This document shows, in pieces, positions 8,378-17,799 of a stretch of DNA of 51,246 nucleotides (the stretch's first letter is position 1; each line of letters starts with the position of its first letter). Under the pieces are notes generated by a model that worked only from the letters and a program-made list of their open reading frames with translations, had not been told where the DNA came from and searched no databases. Source of the DNA: Planctomycetota bacterium (GTDB lineage: Bacteria; Planctomycetota; Phycisphaerae; UBA1845; Fen-1342); the NCBI GenBank assembly GCA_016235145.1, contig JACRLV010000056.1, positions 1-51,246 on the forward strand, given 5' to 3'. The position numbers and the translations under genes are program-made.

Positions 8378-10879
8378 TCAGCACGGCACGCCGAAGACCG
8401 CCAGGAGAAACGCCAGATCCTGGAGGTCGACGTCGCCGTCGCGGTCGAGGTCGCCATCTTCGGGATGTGCCCCGGACGGCGTCCCGAAATGCGTCAGGAG
8501 GTGCGCCAGATCGAGGAGATTCCGCTGTCCGTCGCCATCGAGGTCGCCGGGGCACGGCGGCGCTTCGCAGATCAGGCTCATCGTGTAGTCGCCCGTGCCG
8601 CCGGCGAAGCCGCCAACCGCGATCAGGTAGGTGTGGCCGACGATCAGGTTGGACACGGTGAGGTTCGACCGTAAACCGCACGCATCGTCATTACAACCGA
8701 GTACGACGCCGCCGCAACCGTCGGTGAGCATGACCGCGGTGTCATAGCTCGAACCGCAGAGATCGACAGTCGCAACCGCGCCTGTGGCGACAAAGCTGTA
8801 CCAGACGTCGCTGCCGCCTGCCGCGCAAGACCAGGCGCCGTCGGTAGTCGCTCTAAGCGTGCTGCCCGATACAGTGCTGCCACAGGCCATTGGGAGAGCA
8901 TCGATGCAATTGTCATTCGCCGGCGGCGGAGGCGGCTGGCAGGGTGCACAGGTGAGACTGCCTCGATACTGAGATGGGCACGGAACGCCGGAGAAGACGC
9001 TCGGCGCGACGAACGCGACATACTCCCCTGGAGGCAGGCAGTCCGAAGTTGTCGAGGTCTCGGTGCAGGTGTTGCCGATCGCGTAGGTCAAGAAGGTCGT
9101 CGCCGGGCAGGGTAGGGCGACGAAGCCGATCAGAACCGGGAATTCCGCCGTAACCGTCCAGGTCGCAATGGCACCGGGCTCGACGACTTCGAACCGCCAC
9201 CAATCCGTGTCGCGGTATTGGAGGCCGCCGGAGGAGAACGTCCCGCTCAATCCGTGAATGGAATCACCGCACGCGATTTCACTGAACACAGGCGGGTTGG
9301 CGTTACAGCCTCCCGGCGTTGTGCCGCAGTTGTCCGACTCGTTCTCTTCAATGTCGCCGGGCTGAGCCTGTGCGGCTACGCAAGGCGGACTGCCGCAGAT
9401 CAGGCTCATCGAGTAGTCGCCCGTGCCGCCGGCGAAGCCGCCAACCACGATCAGGTAGGTGTTGCCGACGGTCAAGTTGGATAGGGTGAGGATTGACGCT
9501 GGGCCGCACGCGTCGTCATTGCAGCCGAGGACAATGCCGCCGCAACCATCGGTGATCATCACCGCGGTGTCATAGTTGGACGACGCGCAAAGGTCGGCGG
9601 TCGCAATCGTGCTCGTAGCGACAAAGCTGTACCAAACGTCGCTGCCGCCCGATGCGCAAGGCCAGACGCCGTCGGTGGTGGCGCGCGCCGTGCTGCCGGT
9701 GACCGTGGCGCCGCAGGCGATTGCAATGGCGTTGGCGCAGTTGTCATTCGGAGGCGGAGGCGACGGTTCGCACGGCGTGCAGGTCAGAGTTGCGCGGTAC
9801 TGCGAGCCGCAGGGAACGCCGGAGTATGTGCTCGGCCCGATCCACGCGGCATACTGCCCCGGAGGCAGGCAGGTCGAAGTCACCGAGGTCTGGACGCAGT
9901 TGGGGCCAATCGCGTTAACCAGGAAGGCCGACTGGGGGCAGGGCTGGCCGACAATGCCGATCAGGATCGGAAAGTCGCCGGTTGCGGTGAGCGTGACGAT
10001 CGCGCCGGGAGCGGCCACGTCAAACAGCCACCAATCGGTGTCGCGGTACACGAGGCCGCCGCCGACAAGGTAGGTGCCCGTGTAGCCGTGGAAGCTCTGA
10101 CCGCAAGCGATTGAGCTGAACGCGGGCGGAACGCTGCCGCAGCCGCCGTTGAACTGATCGCTGTAATCGGGTGCGCAGCCGCCGAAGGGCTCGTTCTCCT
10201 CGATGTCGCCGGGCTGCGGCATCGCGGCTTCGCAGCGGCCGGGGCCGTTGCCGCAGGTCAGCGTCAGCGTGTACGCACCGGTCGAGCTGGCGAAACCGCC
10301 AACCGCGATGAGGTAGGTGTTGCCGACAGTCAGGCCGGTGACATCCAGTTGCGACTGGAGGTTGCAGTAGTCGTCGTTGCAACCCAGGACCAGGCCGCCG
10401 CAGCCGTCGAGAACCATGACGGCGGTGTCATAAGACGAGCCGCAGAGGCTGACGGTCGCGGCCGTGCCGGTCGCGACGAAGGAGTACCACTCATCCGCTC
10501 CGCCGGCGGCGCACGGCCACGCACCGTCAGTTGTGTCGCCGGTCGTATCGCCGGTTACCGTTCCGCCGCAGACGATCTCGAAGGCGTCCGCGCAATTGTC
10601 ATTGGGGCTGCGCCGGCCGGGGCCGGGGGCGGGCAGCGTGGGGACGATTCGCTTGGCGAACAACCGCTGCTTCGCCGCAACAGCGGGGTCGATCGTTTCC
10701 TGTTGGGCCACGAGCTTGGAAGACCGCGTCGCGCCGGCGGCGCTGGCGCTCAGGGAGCGATACTCAGGAGTCGGCGAATCGGAGAGCTGTCCGAACGCGT
10801 GAATTGAAAGCGGCAGCGCGATGGACAAGATTGTGAGGACACCAGAGAAGCGGGCCGCGACGGACAAGTCTCTTGTCAT
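8378..10879 (-). CDS. secreted Cys-rich repeat protein (A-B-A-B-A modules) with C-terminal dockerin-like module
   Basis: Signal peptide present. There are three copies of a PPC-like module (NDNC...TTDG.W.C..GG.D.WYSF.A...DTAV...GCNDD.C...G.TYLI.VGGF). They alternate with two copies of a second module (QPGDIEENE...YRDTDWW). The C-terminus is GDLDGDGQRNLLDLAHLL...GDLDRDGDVDLQDLAFLLAVFG. Confidence 0.85.
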   Translation of the reverse strand: MTRDLSVAARFSGVLTILSIALPLSIHAFGQLSDSPTPEYRSLSASAAGATRSSKLVAQQETIDPAVAAKQRLFAKRIVPTLPAPGPGRRSPNDNCADAFEIVCGGTVTGDTTGDTTDGAWPCAAGGADEWYSFVATGTAATVSLCGSSYDTAVMVLDGCGGLVLGCNDDYCNLQSQLDVTGLTVGNTYLIAVGGFASSTGAYTLTLTCGNGPGRCEAAMPQPGDIEENEPFGGCAPDYSDQFNGGCGSVPPAFSSIACGQSFHGYTGTYLVGGGLVYRDTDWWLFDVAAPGAIVTLTATGDFPILIGIVGQPCPQSAFLVNAIGPNCVQTSVTSTCLPPGQYAAWIGPSTYSGVPCGSQYRATLTCTPCEPSPPPPNDNCANAIAIACGATVTGSTARATTDGVWPCASGGSDVWYSFVATSTIATADLCASSNYDTAVMITDGCGGIVLGCNDDACGPASILTLSNLTVGNTYLIVVGGFAGGTGDYSMSLICGSPPCVAAQAQPGDIEENESDNCGTTPGGCNANPPVFSEIACGDSIHGLSGTFSSGGLQYRDTDWWRFEVVEPGAIATWTVTAEFPVLIGFVALPCPATTFLTYAIGNTCTETSTTSDCLPPGEYVAFVAPSVFSGVPCPSQYRGSLTCAPCQPPPPPANDNCIDALPMACGSTVSGSTLRATTDGAWSCAAGGSDVWYSFVATGAVATVDLCGSSYDTAVMLTDGCGGVVLGCNDDACGLRSNLTVSNLIVGHTYLIAVGGFAGGTGDYTMSLICEAPPCPGDLDGDGQRNLLDLAHLLTHFGTPSGAHPEDGDLDRDGDVDLQDLAFLLAVFGVPC

Positions 10880-11005
10880 GGGCCTCTCCTTGAAATGACT
10901 ATGGTACTATGAACGCTGGGCGGGTTCCAGGCAATTCTTCCGGGCAGCGTGAAACGCATCCGTGACGGCTTGGGCGGATGCAATTGGATTGCCGGCGCGA
11001 CGTTG

Positions 11006-11043
11006 CCGGGTGCCCTGCCGACGGCTGTTCGCGTCGGCAGGGT
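11006..11043. repeat. REP-like hairpin, left flank of RAYT
   Basis: CCGGGTGCCCTGCCGACGGCTGTTCGCGTCGGCAGGGT. Perfect 11-bp stem CCCTGCCGACG/CGTCGGCAGGG with an 8-nt loop. Confidence 0.8.
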
Positions 11044-11071
11044 CTTCGCGGACAGCCGATAGAATGCGAGG

Positions 11072-11668
11072 ATGGCGTCCAGCGACCCGTCCCGAGTTCG
11101 GCGGACACGCGATGACTCCGCGTCCGACGCGCGTTTCATCACGTTTTCCTGCACCCAGCGCAAGCCGTTTCTATCGAAGGACCGCACACGAACCTGGTTC
11201 GTCGAGGCGCTCGAGCGATCGCGGCGCACGCACGGTTTCCACCTCTGGGCGTGGGTCATTATGCCCGAGCACGTGCACCTGCTTCTCTGGCCCGGCTCGG
11301 CGCCTTTTCGGCTCGCCGACGCACTCTACACGCTCAAAAAGTCGGTAAGCAACCGCGCGTTGTCTTTTGTCCGCAACAACACGCCGCAGTTCCTGGACGC
11401 GATGGCCGACATTGACGAGCGCGGTCGCGGCTCGCACCGGTTCTGGCAGCGCGGCGGAGGATACGATCGCAACACGTACACGGCCCGCGAGATATGGGAG
11501 AAAATCGACTACATCCACGCGAATCCGGTGCAGCGCGGGCTCTGCGAGCATCCGACGGATTGGCCGTGGTCGAGCGCCAAGGCCTTCGCCATGCGATCGT
11601 CCGAGCCGATCGCAATCGACTTCGATTCCCTGCCGCCGCCACCGCCGGGGTATCACCCGCCTTTCTGA
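11072..11668 (+). CDS. REP-associated tyrosine transposase (RAYT, IS200/IS605-type Y1 transposase fold)
   Basis: HUH motif in WVIMPEHVHLLLWP. Catalytic Tyr region IDYIHANPVQRGL...WPWSS. Size of about 200 aa is typical of RAYTs. Confidence 0.88.
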   Translation: MASSDPSRVRRTRDDSASDARFITFSCTQRKPFLSKDRTRTWFVEALERSRRTHGFHLWAWVIMPEHVHLLLWPGSAPFRLADALYTLKKSVSNRALSFVRNNTPQFLDAMADIDERGRGSHRFWQRGGGYDRNTYTAREIWEKIDYIHANPVQRGLCEHPTDWPWSSAKAFAMRSSEPIAIDFDSLPPPPPGYHPPF

Positions 11669-11684
11669 CGGCTCGAGAGCGAGG

Positions 11685-11722
11685 ATCCTGCCGACGCAAA
11701 CAGCCGTCGGCAGGGCACCCGG
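11685..11722. repeat. REP-like hairpin, right flank of RAYT (inverted copy)
   Basis: ATCCTGCCGACGCAAACAGCCGTCGGCAGGGCACCCGG. Its reverse complement matches the left copy apart from 2-3 substitutions. Confidence 0.8.
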
Positions 11723-11983
11723 CGATTTCTTCCCCCGCTCCGCGGCTCTGAAGGCGTCGAAGCCCACCTCCCACGGCTCGCGCCGTGGGCCATCTTCTTA
11801 CGCCCTTCCAGGGCTAACTCCAAAACGGCCAATACTGTCAGCCCCTTACGGTCGCCGCGGGCAAACAAAGTATCGACGGCCTCGGTCTGAACCGGTACAT
11901 TCCTCCCAACGGGCGCGCCCGGGGCGTGTCCAGACGAAATCAAACGGAATCGATTTCGGCCGGGTTACACGGAGGATCGGACA

Positions 11984-12166
11984 GTGAAACGCAATCTCGC
12001 CAAGGCCCTGACTCTTGCCGTCTCGTTCGCCGCGACCATGCCGCTTCTTCAAACCTGCGGAGTCTCGCTGCCCATCATTGGGGACATCGTGATCGCCCGC
12101 GGCGACGGCGAAGACGACCTTGAGGACGATTTGGACGATTTGTTCGACCGGCTCTTCGACGATTGA
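11984..12166 (+). CDS. small secreted/lipoprotein-like acidic peptide (hypothetical)
   Basis: GTG start preceded by GGAGGA at correct spacing. The N-terminal signal-like segment ends ...LLQTCG, and the tail is extremely acidic (GDGEDDLEDDLDDLFDRLFDD). Short ORF, no recognised family. Confidence 0.45.
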   Translation: MKRNLAKALTLAVSFAATMPLLQTCGVSLPIIGDIVIARGDGEDDLEDDLDDLFDRLFDD

Positions 12167-12193
12167 TCGTCGCCGCTCTTCCGCCGTGCGTTC

Positions 12194-14899
12194 TCATTCG
12201 CCGAATCGTGCCAGGAGCGCCGCAAGGTCCGCCAGATCGATCGCGCCGTTTGCGTCGAAGTCGGCGTCGATGCGGAAGCCTCCCTCGCCATCGGTCGAGC
12301 CGAAACTGGATAGGCACATCGCCAGGTCCATCAGGTCGACCCGACTGTCGCCGTTGACGTCGCCGATTCCTCTGAAGCTCGCTTGAACCGGAGGCGAAGC
12401 GACGGAAGCCCAGCCATCGCGCACGCCGCTGCATCGATACTCGTAGTTTTCGCCCGGCAGGCCGCTGTGGTCGATGAATCCGGCGGCGTTCGCGGGCACC
12501 GTGGCGATCAGTTGAAACGCACCGCCGGCGACGCGCCGCTCGATGTTCACTTCCGCTGCCTGGCCAAGCACGGAAATGTCCGGCGGCGCCAACAACTGAG
12601 CCAGGTGCGCATCGCCGAGTGATTGCGGAGTCAGCGCGTTGTCGATCCACGTCGCCGGAAGCGTTTTTGTCCCAGTCGCATCGCCGCAATTCCAAGTCAC
12701 GGGTCCGTCGGCTACGGGCAACGGCGTCGAGGGAACGCCGAATTCGAGCGGCTGGCCGTTGCAGAGCGCCAGTTGCATTCCGGCGGCGGAGCGGCGCACG
12801 GCGAAGCGGATCTGGGCCTGGCGTTGGAACCGCAACGGCATGCTCTCCGTTGCGGCGATCACCACGCTGTTTCGGGTCAGCACGAGTGCGAAACGCCGGG
12901 GCGCGGGCTCGTAGCGCAACTCGACGCCGTCGCCTGCGGAATTCTCGTACGAGGCGATGACCGGCATTTCTCCTTCGACGATAAAATCGCTCATGGCCTC
13001 CGGCAGGATGGTGAAGACGTGGGTCCACTCGGGCCGGTCGATCGTGGCGGACCAGCGGTCCGGGGCCCGCGGCGCATTTCCGGGATGCCAGGGCGACGAC
13101 GAGCCCGCCTCGATCTGGCAGGTATCGACGTACACATCGCACACGCTTCCGTTGCGCGAGACGCAGGTCAGTTTGGCCCGCAAATCGACGGTGCCGTCCG
13201 GCAAATAGAAATTCGGCGTGCGCAGCTCGAGCCACCCGTCCGGCGAGGGGCTTGCCAGCGCGGATATGCCCACGTCAGCGTAGTTCCATCGCATGCGCAG
13301 CTCGCAATACGCACAATCGCCGCGAATCCACGCCCGGGCGCGCACGATCGAGTTTGGATCGGCATCGACAGGCGGTGTGAAGATGGACATGGTCCCGCCG
13401 TCGGAGCGGCTGTAGTGCAGGCTGCCGGCGCCGTGGTGCTGCTGTGCGCCGGTCCATTCCAGCGTTCCGCGGTTGCCGCTTCCCGGGGGAAGCTCGTCGC
13501 TCAGGTTCCACCAGCCCGCCGTTGATTCCGCGCTGTACCCGGCGGCGGCGGTCAGGAGGTTCGCACCGGTCGGCGAAACGACGATTCCCTGCTGCGGCGC
13601 CATGTCCGCCGAGGAAATCGCAAAATGCCGCAAGCCGCCGGCGGCTTCCTGAATCGCCAGGTGCAGCTTGCCGCCGAGGAAACCGCAGAATCGAAAGCCT
13701 CCGGTCTCGCCGGCGGCGAAATTGTGGTAGACCGCCCAGTGGATTCGATCGGTGCTGACGCTGATAACCGGATGGCGGTTTGCGCCGGCTCCGTCGTACT
13801 GGCAGGCATAGGTGACGCCGGCGTGTTCGAACAGGCAGAAGCAGTAACCCCTCGCCGGTCGTGTATCCCAGTTGGTCACCACCGACCGCATGCGCCCGCG
13901 GGTCGGTCCGTCGGATACATCCAGCAACCCGACCTGCCAGTACAGGTCTGATCCGATGAGGAGCTGCGTCGGATCGCCGAAATCAACGAACGCCATGGGC
14001 TGCGCGTAGATCTCGCCGAAGCCCGTGTAGTCGTACCAGGTCAGGCCGTCGTCGTCGCTGGCGACGATATGGTGGCGTGGAGGCGTGTCGCCGGTCGCCG
14101 CGATCCAACGGCCGAGACCCTCGTGTTTGGTTAGGGCGTGAAAGTGGTTGATGTTCCCGTGTTGCAGCTCGTCGTGCACGATCCGCCACGTCCGGCCGTC
14201 GTCGTCAGAGCGATAGAGGAAACGCCCGCCGGCCGGGAGTTGGTATTCGCCCATCACGATCGTGCCGTTGCTGGCCTGATGGAAGCCCCACGGCCCGACG
14301 TAGGCGCCCGGATTGGGCCAGACAAAGTCGGCGAGCGTGTCGGCGTATCGAGCGGGCGCCCAGGTCGCGCCATTGTCCTCGCTGCGGCAGACAGTCAAGT
14401 AGTCATTCACCGACGCTGTCCCGAGCAGCGTGCCGCTGCCGAGCGCGTACACAAAACTGAACCAACGGTCGCACATCCACTCCCAGGTGACGCCGTCGGC
14501 GGATCGGTAGATCTTCTCGTTTGAGCCCACGCCGATGAGATAGCCGAGATTCACGCATTGCGGCGTGACCCGCACGCCGGTCGGAACGCCGATCGGCGTG
14601 ACGTATGCCCCATCCGACGCGCTGCACGCGGCGACGTCTACGATCCGCGGCACGTTGGGGGCGTACGCGGTCATCGCCTGCTCGTCGCCCCAGTAGGCGA
14701 TGCTGTCGCGAGAAAAGGAACCGCCGGCGCCGGGCGACAGGTCGGCGATCAGCGAGTTCGTTTGCCAGACCAGCTCGACGCTTCTTGCTCGCTGGGCGGG
14801 AGAAGCCAGCGAAACCTGTACCGGCAAATCGTCGGCCCGGGTCGCCGCCGTGGCGACGAACACGAAGAGCGCGGTTGCTGCGAAGCGCATTGTGGGCAT
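12194..14899 (-). CDS. secreted BNR/Asp-box (sialidase-like) propeller protein with beta-sandwich region and C-terminal dockerin-like module
   Basis: Signal peptide MPTMRFAATALFVFVATAATRA. Asp-boxes SEDNGATW, SDDDGRTW, SDDDGLTW. C-terminus GDVNGDSRVDLMDLAMCLSSFG...DFDANGAIDLADLAALLARFG. Confidence 0.85.
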   Translation of the reverse strand: MPTMRFAATALFVFVATAATRADDLPVQVSLASPAQRARSVELVWQTNSLIADLSPGAGGSFSRDSIAYWGDEQAMTAYAPNVPRIVDVAACSASDGAYVTPIGVPTGVRVTPQCVNLGYLIGVGSNEKIYRSADGVTWEWMCDRWFSFVYALGSGTLLGTASVNDYLTVCRSEDNGATWAPARYADTLADFVWPNPGAYVGPWGFHQASNGTIVMGEYQLPAGGRFLYRSDDDGRTWRIVHDELQHGNINHFHALTKHEGLGRWIAATGDTPPRHHIVASDDDGLTWYDYTGFGEIYAQPMAFVDFGDPTQLLIGSDLYWQVGLLDVSDGPTRGRMRSVVTNWDTRPARGYCFCLFEHAGVTYACQYDGAGANRHPVISVSTDRIHWAVYHNFAAGETGGFRFCGFLGGKLHLAIQEAAGGLRHFAISSADMAPQQGIVVSPTGANLLTAAAGYSAESTAGWWNLSDELPPGSGNRGTLEWTGAQQHHGAGSLHYSRSDGGTMSIFTPPVDADPNSIVRARAWIRGDCAYCELRMRWNYADVGISALASPSPDGWLELRTPNFYLPDGTVDLRAKLTCVSRNGSVCDVYVDTCQIEAGSSSPWHPGNAPRAPDRWSATIDRPEWTHVFTILPEAMSDFIVEGEMPVIASYENSAGDGVELRYEPAPRRFALVLTRNSVVIAATESMPLRFQRQAQIRFAVRRSAAGMQLALCNGQPLEFGVPSTPLPVADGPVTWNCGDATGTKTLPATWIDNALTPQSLGDAHLAQLLAPPDISVLGQAAEVNIERRVAGGAFQLIATVPANAAGFIDHSGLPGENYEYRCSGVRDGWASVASPPVQASFRGIGDVNGDSRVDLMDLAMCLSSFGSTDGEGGFRIDADFDANGAIDLADLAALLARFGE

Positions 14900-15215
14900 G
14901 GATCTCGCGGCCTCCCGGCGCGCCGAATCTGCGATGTCCGATGGGAGTCAGCCCAGGACAGCGTGCTGCCGACACTGATGCTAGGACCTCATGGCCGCGT
15001 TCTCAACATGGCGGACGATGCGGTAACGGGTTCGGCCCCGCCGACGACCGATCTTGGCCGAGAACGGTGTTATTATCAGTCTGTTGGCACGCGGCTGCGC
15101 GGATCGCTCGATGCCCGCAAAGAACCGCTTGTTCCCGCGGGTATCATGCAATCGGGTCGGAGGCGGCGCGCGGCTCGGGGCGGGCGTCAGCGGTCCCCGA
15201 GGGCGTGCTTTGTCG

Positions 15216-15614
15216 ATGAAAGAAACCAAGCCGCGATCATTCGAAACCGCGAAGGCCGCGTTCGCCGATGACCAGGTTCGGCGTGAGCTGCGCACGCTGG
15301 GCACGTTTATCGAAGTGTATTGCAAGGCGCACCATCGCGATCAACCCAAAAGCACCGTGCCGTTTCGGCACATCGACATTCGCGGGCTGGCGGGGCACGA
15401 AGTGCGGCTGTGCGAGGCGTGCGGCAAGCTCCTTCAATATTCGTTCATGATGCGCAGCCTGTGTCCGCTGGACCCCAAGCCGTCGTGCAAGCACTGCCCG
15501 CAGCCCTGCTACAGCGATGAATACCGCCGCCAGATTCGCGAAGTGATGCGCTATTCCGGCCTGCGGCTGCTGCTGACGGGGCGGATCGACTACCTGTATC
15601 GTTACTTCTTCTGA
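15216..15614 (+). CDS. nitrous-oxide-stimulated promoter (YgbA_NO) family Cys-rich protein
   Basis: Characteristic pattern YC..HH....LC..C..LL.Y...R...CP....KP.C..CP..CY....R..I..VMR..G. I prefer the ATG at 15216 over the upstream ORF start at 15054. Confidence 0.8.
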   Translation: MKETKPRSFETAKAAFADDQVRRELRTLGTFIEVYCKAHHRDQPKSTVPFRHIDIRGLAGHEVRLCEACGKLLQYSFMMRSLCPLDPKPSCKHCPQPCYSDEYRRQIREVMRYSGLRLLLTGRIDYLYRYFF

Positions 15615-17185
15615 CTGGCAGGTTGCGAGGCGGGTTGCGTCGTGCCTTCCACGGGCTCCTTCCCGCCGCCATATCCGGTATCGATTTCCCGCTGCAAGGC
15701 TTCGGGGCTGAGCGGCTTTGGCGGACCTCCCTGTAGGTCGATGCGTTCGAGCGGCTTGCGATAGCGCTCGAAATCAGCGCTCAGCTGCGCGAACTTCTGC
15801 GGATCCTTCGCGGCCAGGTTCTCCTGTTCGCCCGGATCGGACGCGATGCGGTACAGCTCGTGCCGCCCGTCGCCGGCGAAGATCAGCTTGTATTCGCCCT
15901 GATAGAACGCGTCGAGCGAGCGATTCCAAGGCGCGAAGTCCCAGTCCGGACGCCGCTTCTTGATGTCATTCAAGGGACTGAGGTTCGCGGCGGGATACTG
16001 CGAAAGCCGCGCGCGCATGTCGCGCGGCGTGCGCAGCGACCAACTGAACCGGCCGCCGGCGGGCATCGGCGCCCCGGCGCTCTCGAGGATCGTGGCGAAG
16101 AGATCATGCACCATCACCGGCCGCTTTTCGCGTCCGGCCGGGAAGCGTTTCGGATCGTGAATGACCAGCGGCACGCGCAGCAGCACGTCGTAGACGGAAA
16201 ACTGGTGGTCGAGCATGTGGTGCTCGCCGAGATGCTCGCCGTGGTCGGCCGTGACGATGACCATCGTGTTGTCGAGAGCGCCGGCGGCTTTCAGCTCGTC
16301 CAGCAGTTGGGCGAACAAGTCGTCCAGCTCCGCGATCGCCGCCTCATACGTCGCACGGGTAACGGCCAGATCGTCGTCCCTGTATTCACGCAGGCCGACG
16401 GTGTATTCCCAGTTCGAATTCCAGGTGCGATCCACGCGGTACGAGCGCTCCACCTGCTCGGGGGTCATGAAGCGCTCCCGGTAGCGGCGCGGCGGAACGA
16501 GCTGCCGATGGGCTTCCATCCAGTTGATGAACGCGAAATACGGCCGCGACTTGTCGCCCGCAGCGAGCCAGCCCCGCAGCCCGTCGATCGCGAGCTCGCC
16601 GGCCGCCTTGATGTTCTGGCGAATGCGCAGGGCCTCGGCGGGTCCGCCGGACATGCGCTCGGTCAACTCGCTGCTCCGGTCGCCTTTCACCTTCTCGCGC
16701 ACGATTTCAAACGCCCGCTCGGCGTACTTTTCCGACCACGGATGCTCGCTGAGGTCGAATCCCTGGGCAAAGCCGTAGTCGGCCGAGATGTAGTTGTTCG
16801 ATGAGAACAGGTACGTCCGGTAGCCCGCGTCATGCAGAATTTCGGCGACGGTGCGAAAGCCGTCGGGAAGCTGCTCCTGCGCGTGGCTTACGCCATGCTC
16901 GGGCGCCAGGTAGCCGGTGAACATCGAGGCGTGCGCTGTGACCGTCGTGCTGCCAGGCGAAATGCAGTCTTCGAAAACGCGGGCATCGCGGGCCCACTCG
17001 TCGAGCTTGGGAGTCGTCCGGCGTTCATGTCCATAGAGCGACAGATAATCCGCCCGGGCCGTGTCCCACACCACCCAGAGGACGTTCGGCGCGTCTTTCG
17101 AGGCCTGGCCGGGCGTGGGATTGCCGCCGGAAGGCGGCGGCCGTTCGCAGCCGCCGAGCAGCGCGAAGATTATCAAACCCGGCAT
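15602..17185 (-). CDS. sulfatase-like (alkaline phosphatase superfamily) hydrolase/transferase, lipoprotein
   Basis: Lipobox LLGGC. N-terminal VVWDTARAD metal-binding motif, then ...STTVTAHASMFTG, and later TADHGEHLGEH. The canonical C/S-x-P-x-R formylglycine motif is absent, so it looks like a Thr/Ser-nucleophile type member. Confidence 0.88.
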   Translation of the reverse strand: MPGLIIFALLGGCERPPPSGGNPTPGQASKDAPNVLWVVWDTARADYLSLYGHERRTTPKLDEWARDARVFEDCISPGSTTVTAHASMFTGYLAPEHGVSHAQEQLPDGFRTVAEILHDAGYRTYLFSSNNYISADYGFAQGFDLSEHPWSEKYAERAFEIVREKVKGDRSSELTERMSGGPAEALRIRQNIKAAGELAIDGLRGWLAAGDKSRPYFAFINWMEAHRQLVPPRRYRERFMTPEQVERSYRVDRTWNSNWEYTVGLREYRDDDLAVTRATYEAAIAELDDLFAQLLDELKAAGALDNTMVIVTADHGEHLGEHHMLDHQFSVYDVLLRVPLVIHDPKRFPAGREKRPVMVHDLFATILESAGAPMPAGGRFSWSLRTPRDMRARLSQYPAANLSPLNDIKKRRPDWDFAPWNRSLDAFYQGEYKLIFAGDGRHELYRIASDPGEQENLAAKDPQKFAQLSADFERYRKPLERIDLQGGPPKPLSPEALQREIDTGYGGGKEPVEGTTQPASQPASQKK

Positions 17186-17294
17186 CGAAAGCCGTTTTGG
17201 TCGGTACTACAATTGAATAGGGGCAGTCGTCCGCACGGCCGGCATTCCGCCGACGCATGTCAAGGGACGGCCCGCCCAGGAAGGACGGTGTGCG

Positions 17295-17771
17295 ATGCTC
17301 GCGAAAGCGCAACGCATTCTCTGGCCGACCGATCTCTCCGAGTTGTCATTGCAGGCGGGTCAGTATGCCCTGGGGTTCGCCCGGCTATTCAACGCGGACC
17401 TGCACGTGCTGCACGTGATCTCGCCGCCGCTCAATCCAGACGTGACGCTGTTTGTTCCTTCGGACCTGCCCGTTCAGTTGACGTAGCCGGAGCTGCGATG
17501 CGCCGCGGGCGGCGCGCTTCAGGCCCTCGTGAGTCGGCATTTCGCCGATTATCCGCGGCTGATTCAGGAAGTGCGCGTCGGAAACCCCTGGCCGATGATT
17601 TGCGAGTACGCCAGGCTGAGCGAGATCGACCTGATCGTCGTGACGACGCACGGCCGCACGGGCCTCGGGCACGCGATCATCGGCAGCACGGCGGAGCGAA
17701 TCGTGCAGCACGCGCCCTGTCCGGTGCTGGTGGTGAAAGCCGACGGTCGCGGATTCCTCGCGCCAGCGTAG
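17295..17771 (+). pseudogene. universal stress protein (UspA family) interrupted by an in-frame TAG
   Basis: ORFs 17295-17486 and 17529-17771 are in the same frame and together make a normal 158-codon Usp (...LHVLHV... then DLIVVTTHGRTGLGHAIIGSTAERIVQHAPCPVLVV). The only interruption is TAG at 17484-17486. Confidence 0.7.
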
Positions 17772-17799
17772 CGGGCATCTGGGCTCGTGGTCGGCGGTC

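Larger units (their letters stand above)
11006..11722 (+). mobile_element. REP-RAYT-REP unit (Y1 transposase gene flanked by inverted palindromic repeats)
   Basis: The RAYT-like CDS at 11072-11668 is bracketed by two copies of one hairpin element in opposite orientation, at 11006-11043 and 11685-11722. Confidence 0.75.

Noticed and set aside
6546-8681. 711-aa ORF on the minus strand, the longest of many long antisense ORFs. Others include 30656-32773 (705 aa), 27037-28533 (498 aa), 39833-41326 (497 aa), 30034-31458 (474 aa), 20193-21575 (460 aa), 33011-34390 (459 aa) and 12075-13235 (386 aa).
   Set aside because: All are extremely Arg/Pro/Ala/Gly-rich with no recognisable motifs. Each lies antisense or out of frame to a CDS with clear family signatures. 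This is the typical shadow-ORF pattern of a high-GC genome.
11171-11767. 198-aa ORF antisense to the RAYT gene.
   Set aside because: It is an exact mirror of the RAYT ORF with shadow-like composition, whereas the plus-strand ORF carries the HUH and Tyr motifs.
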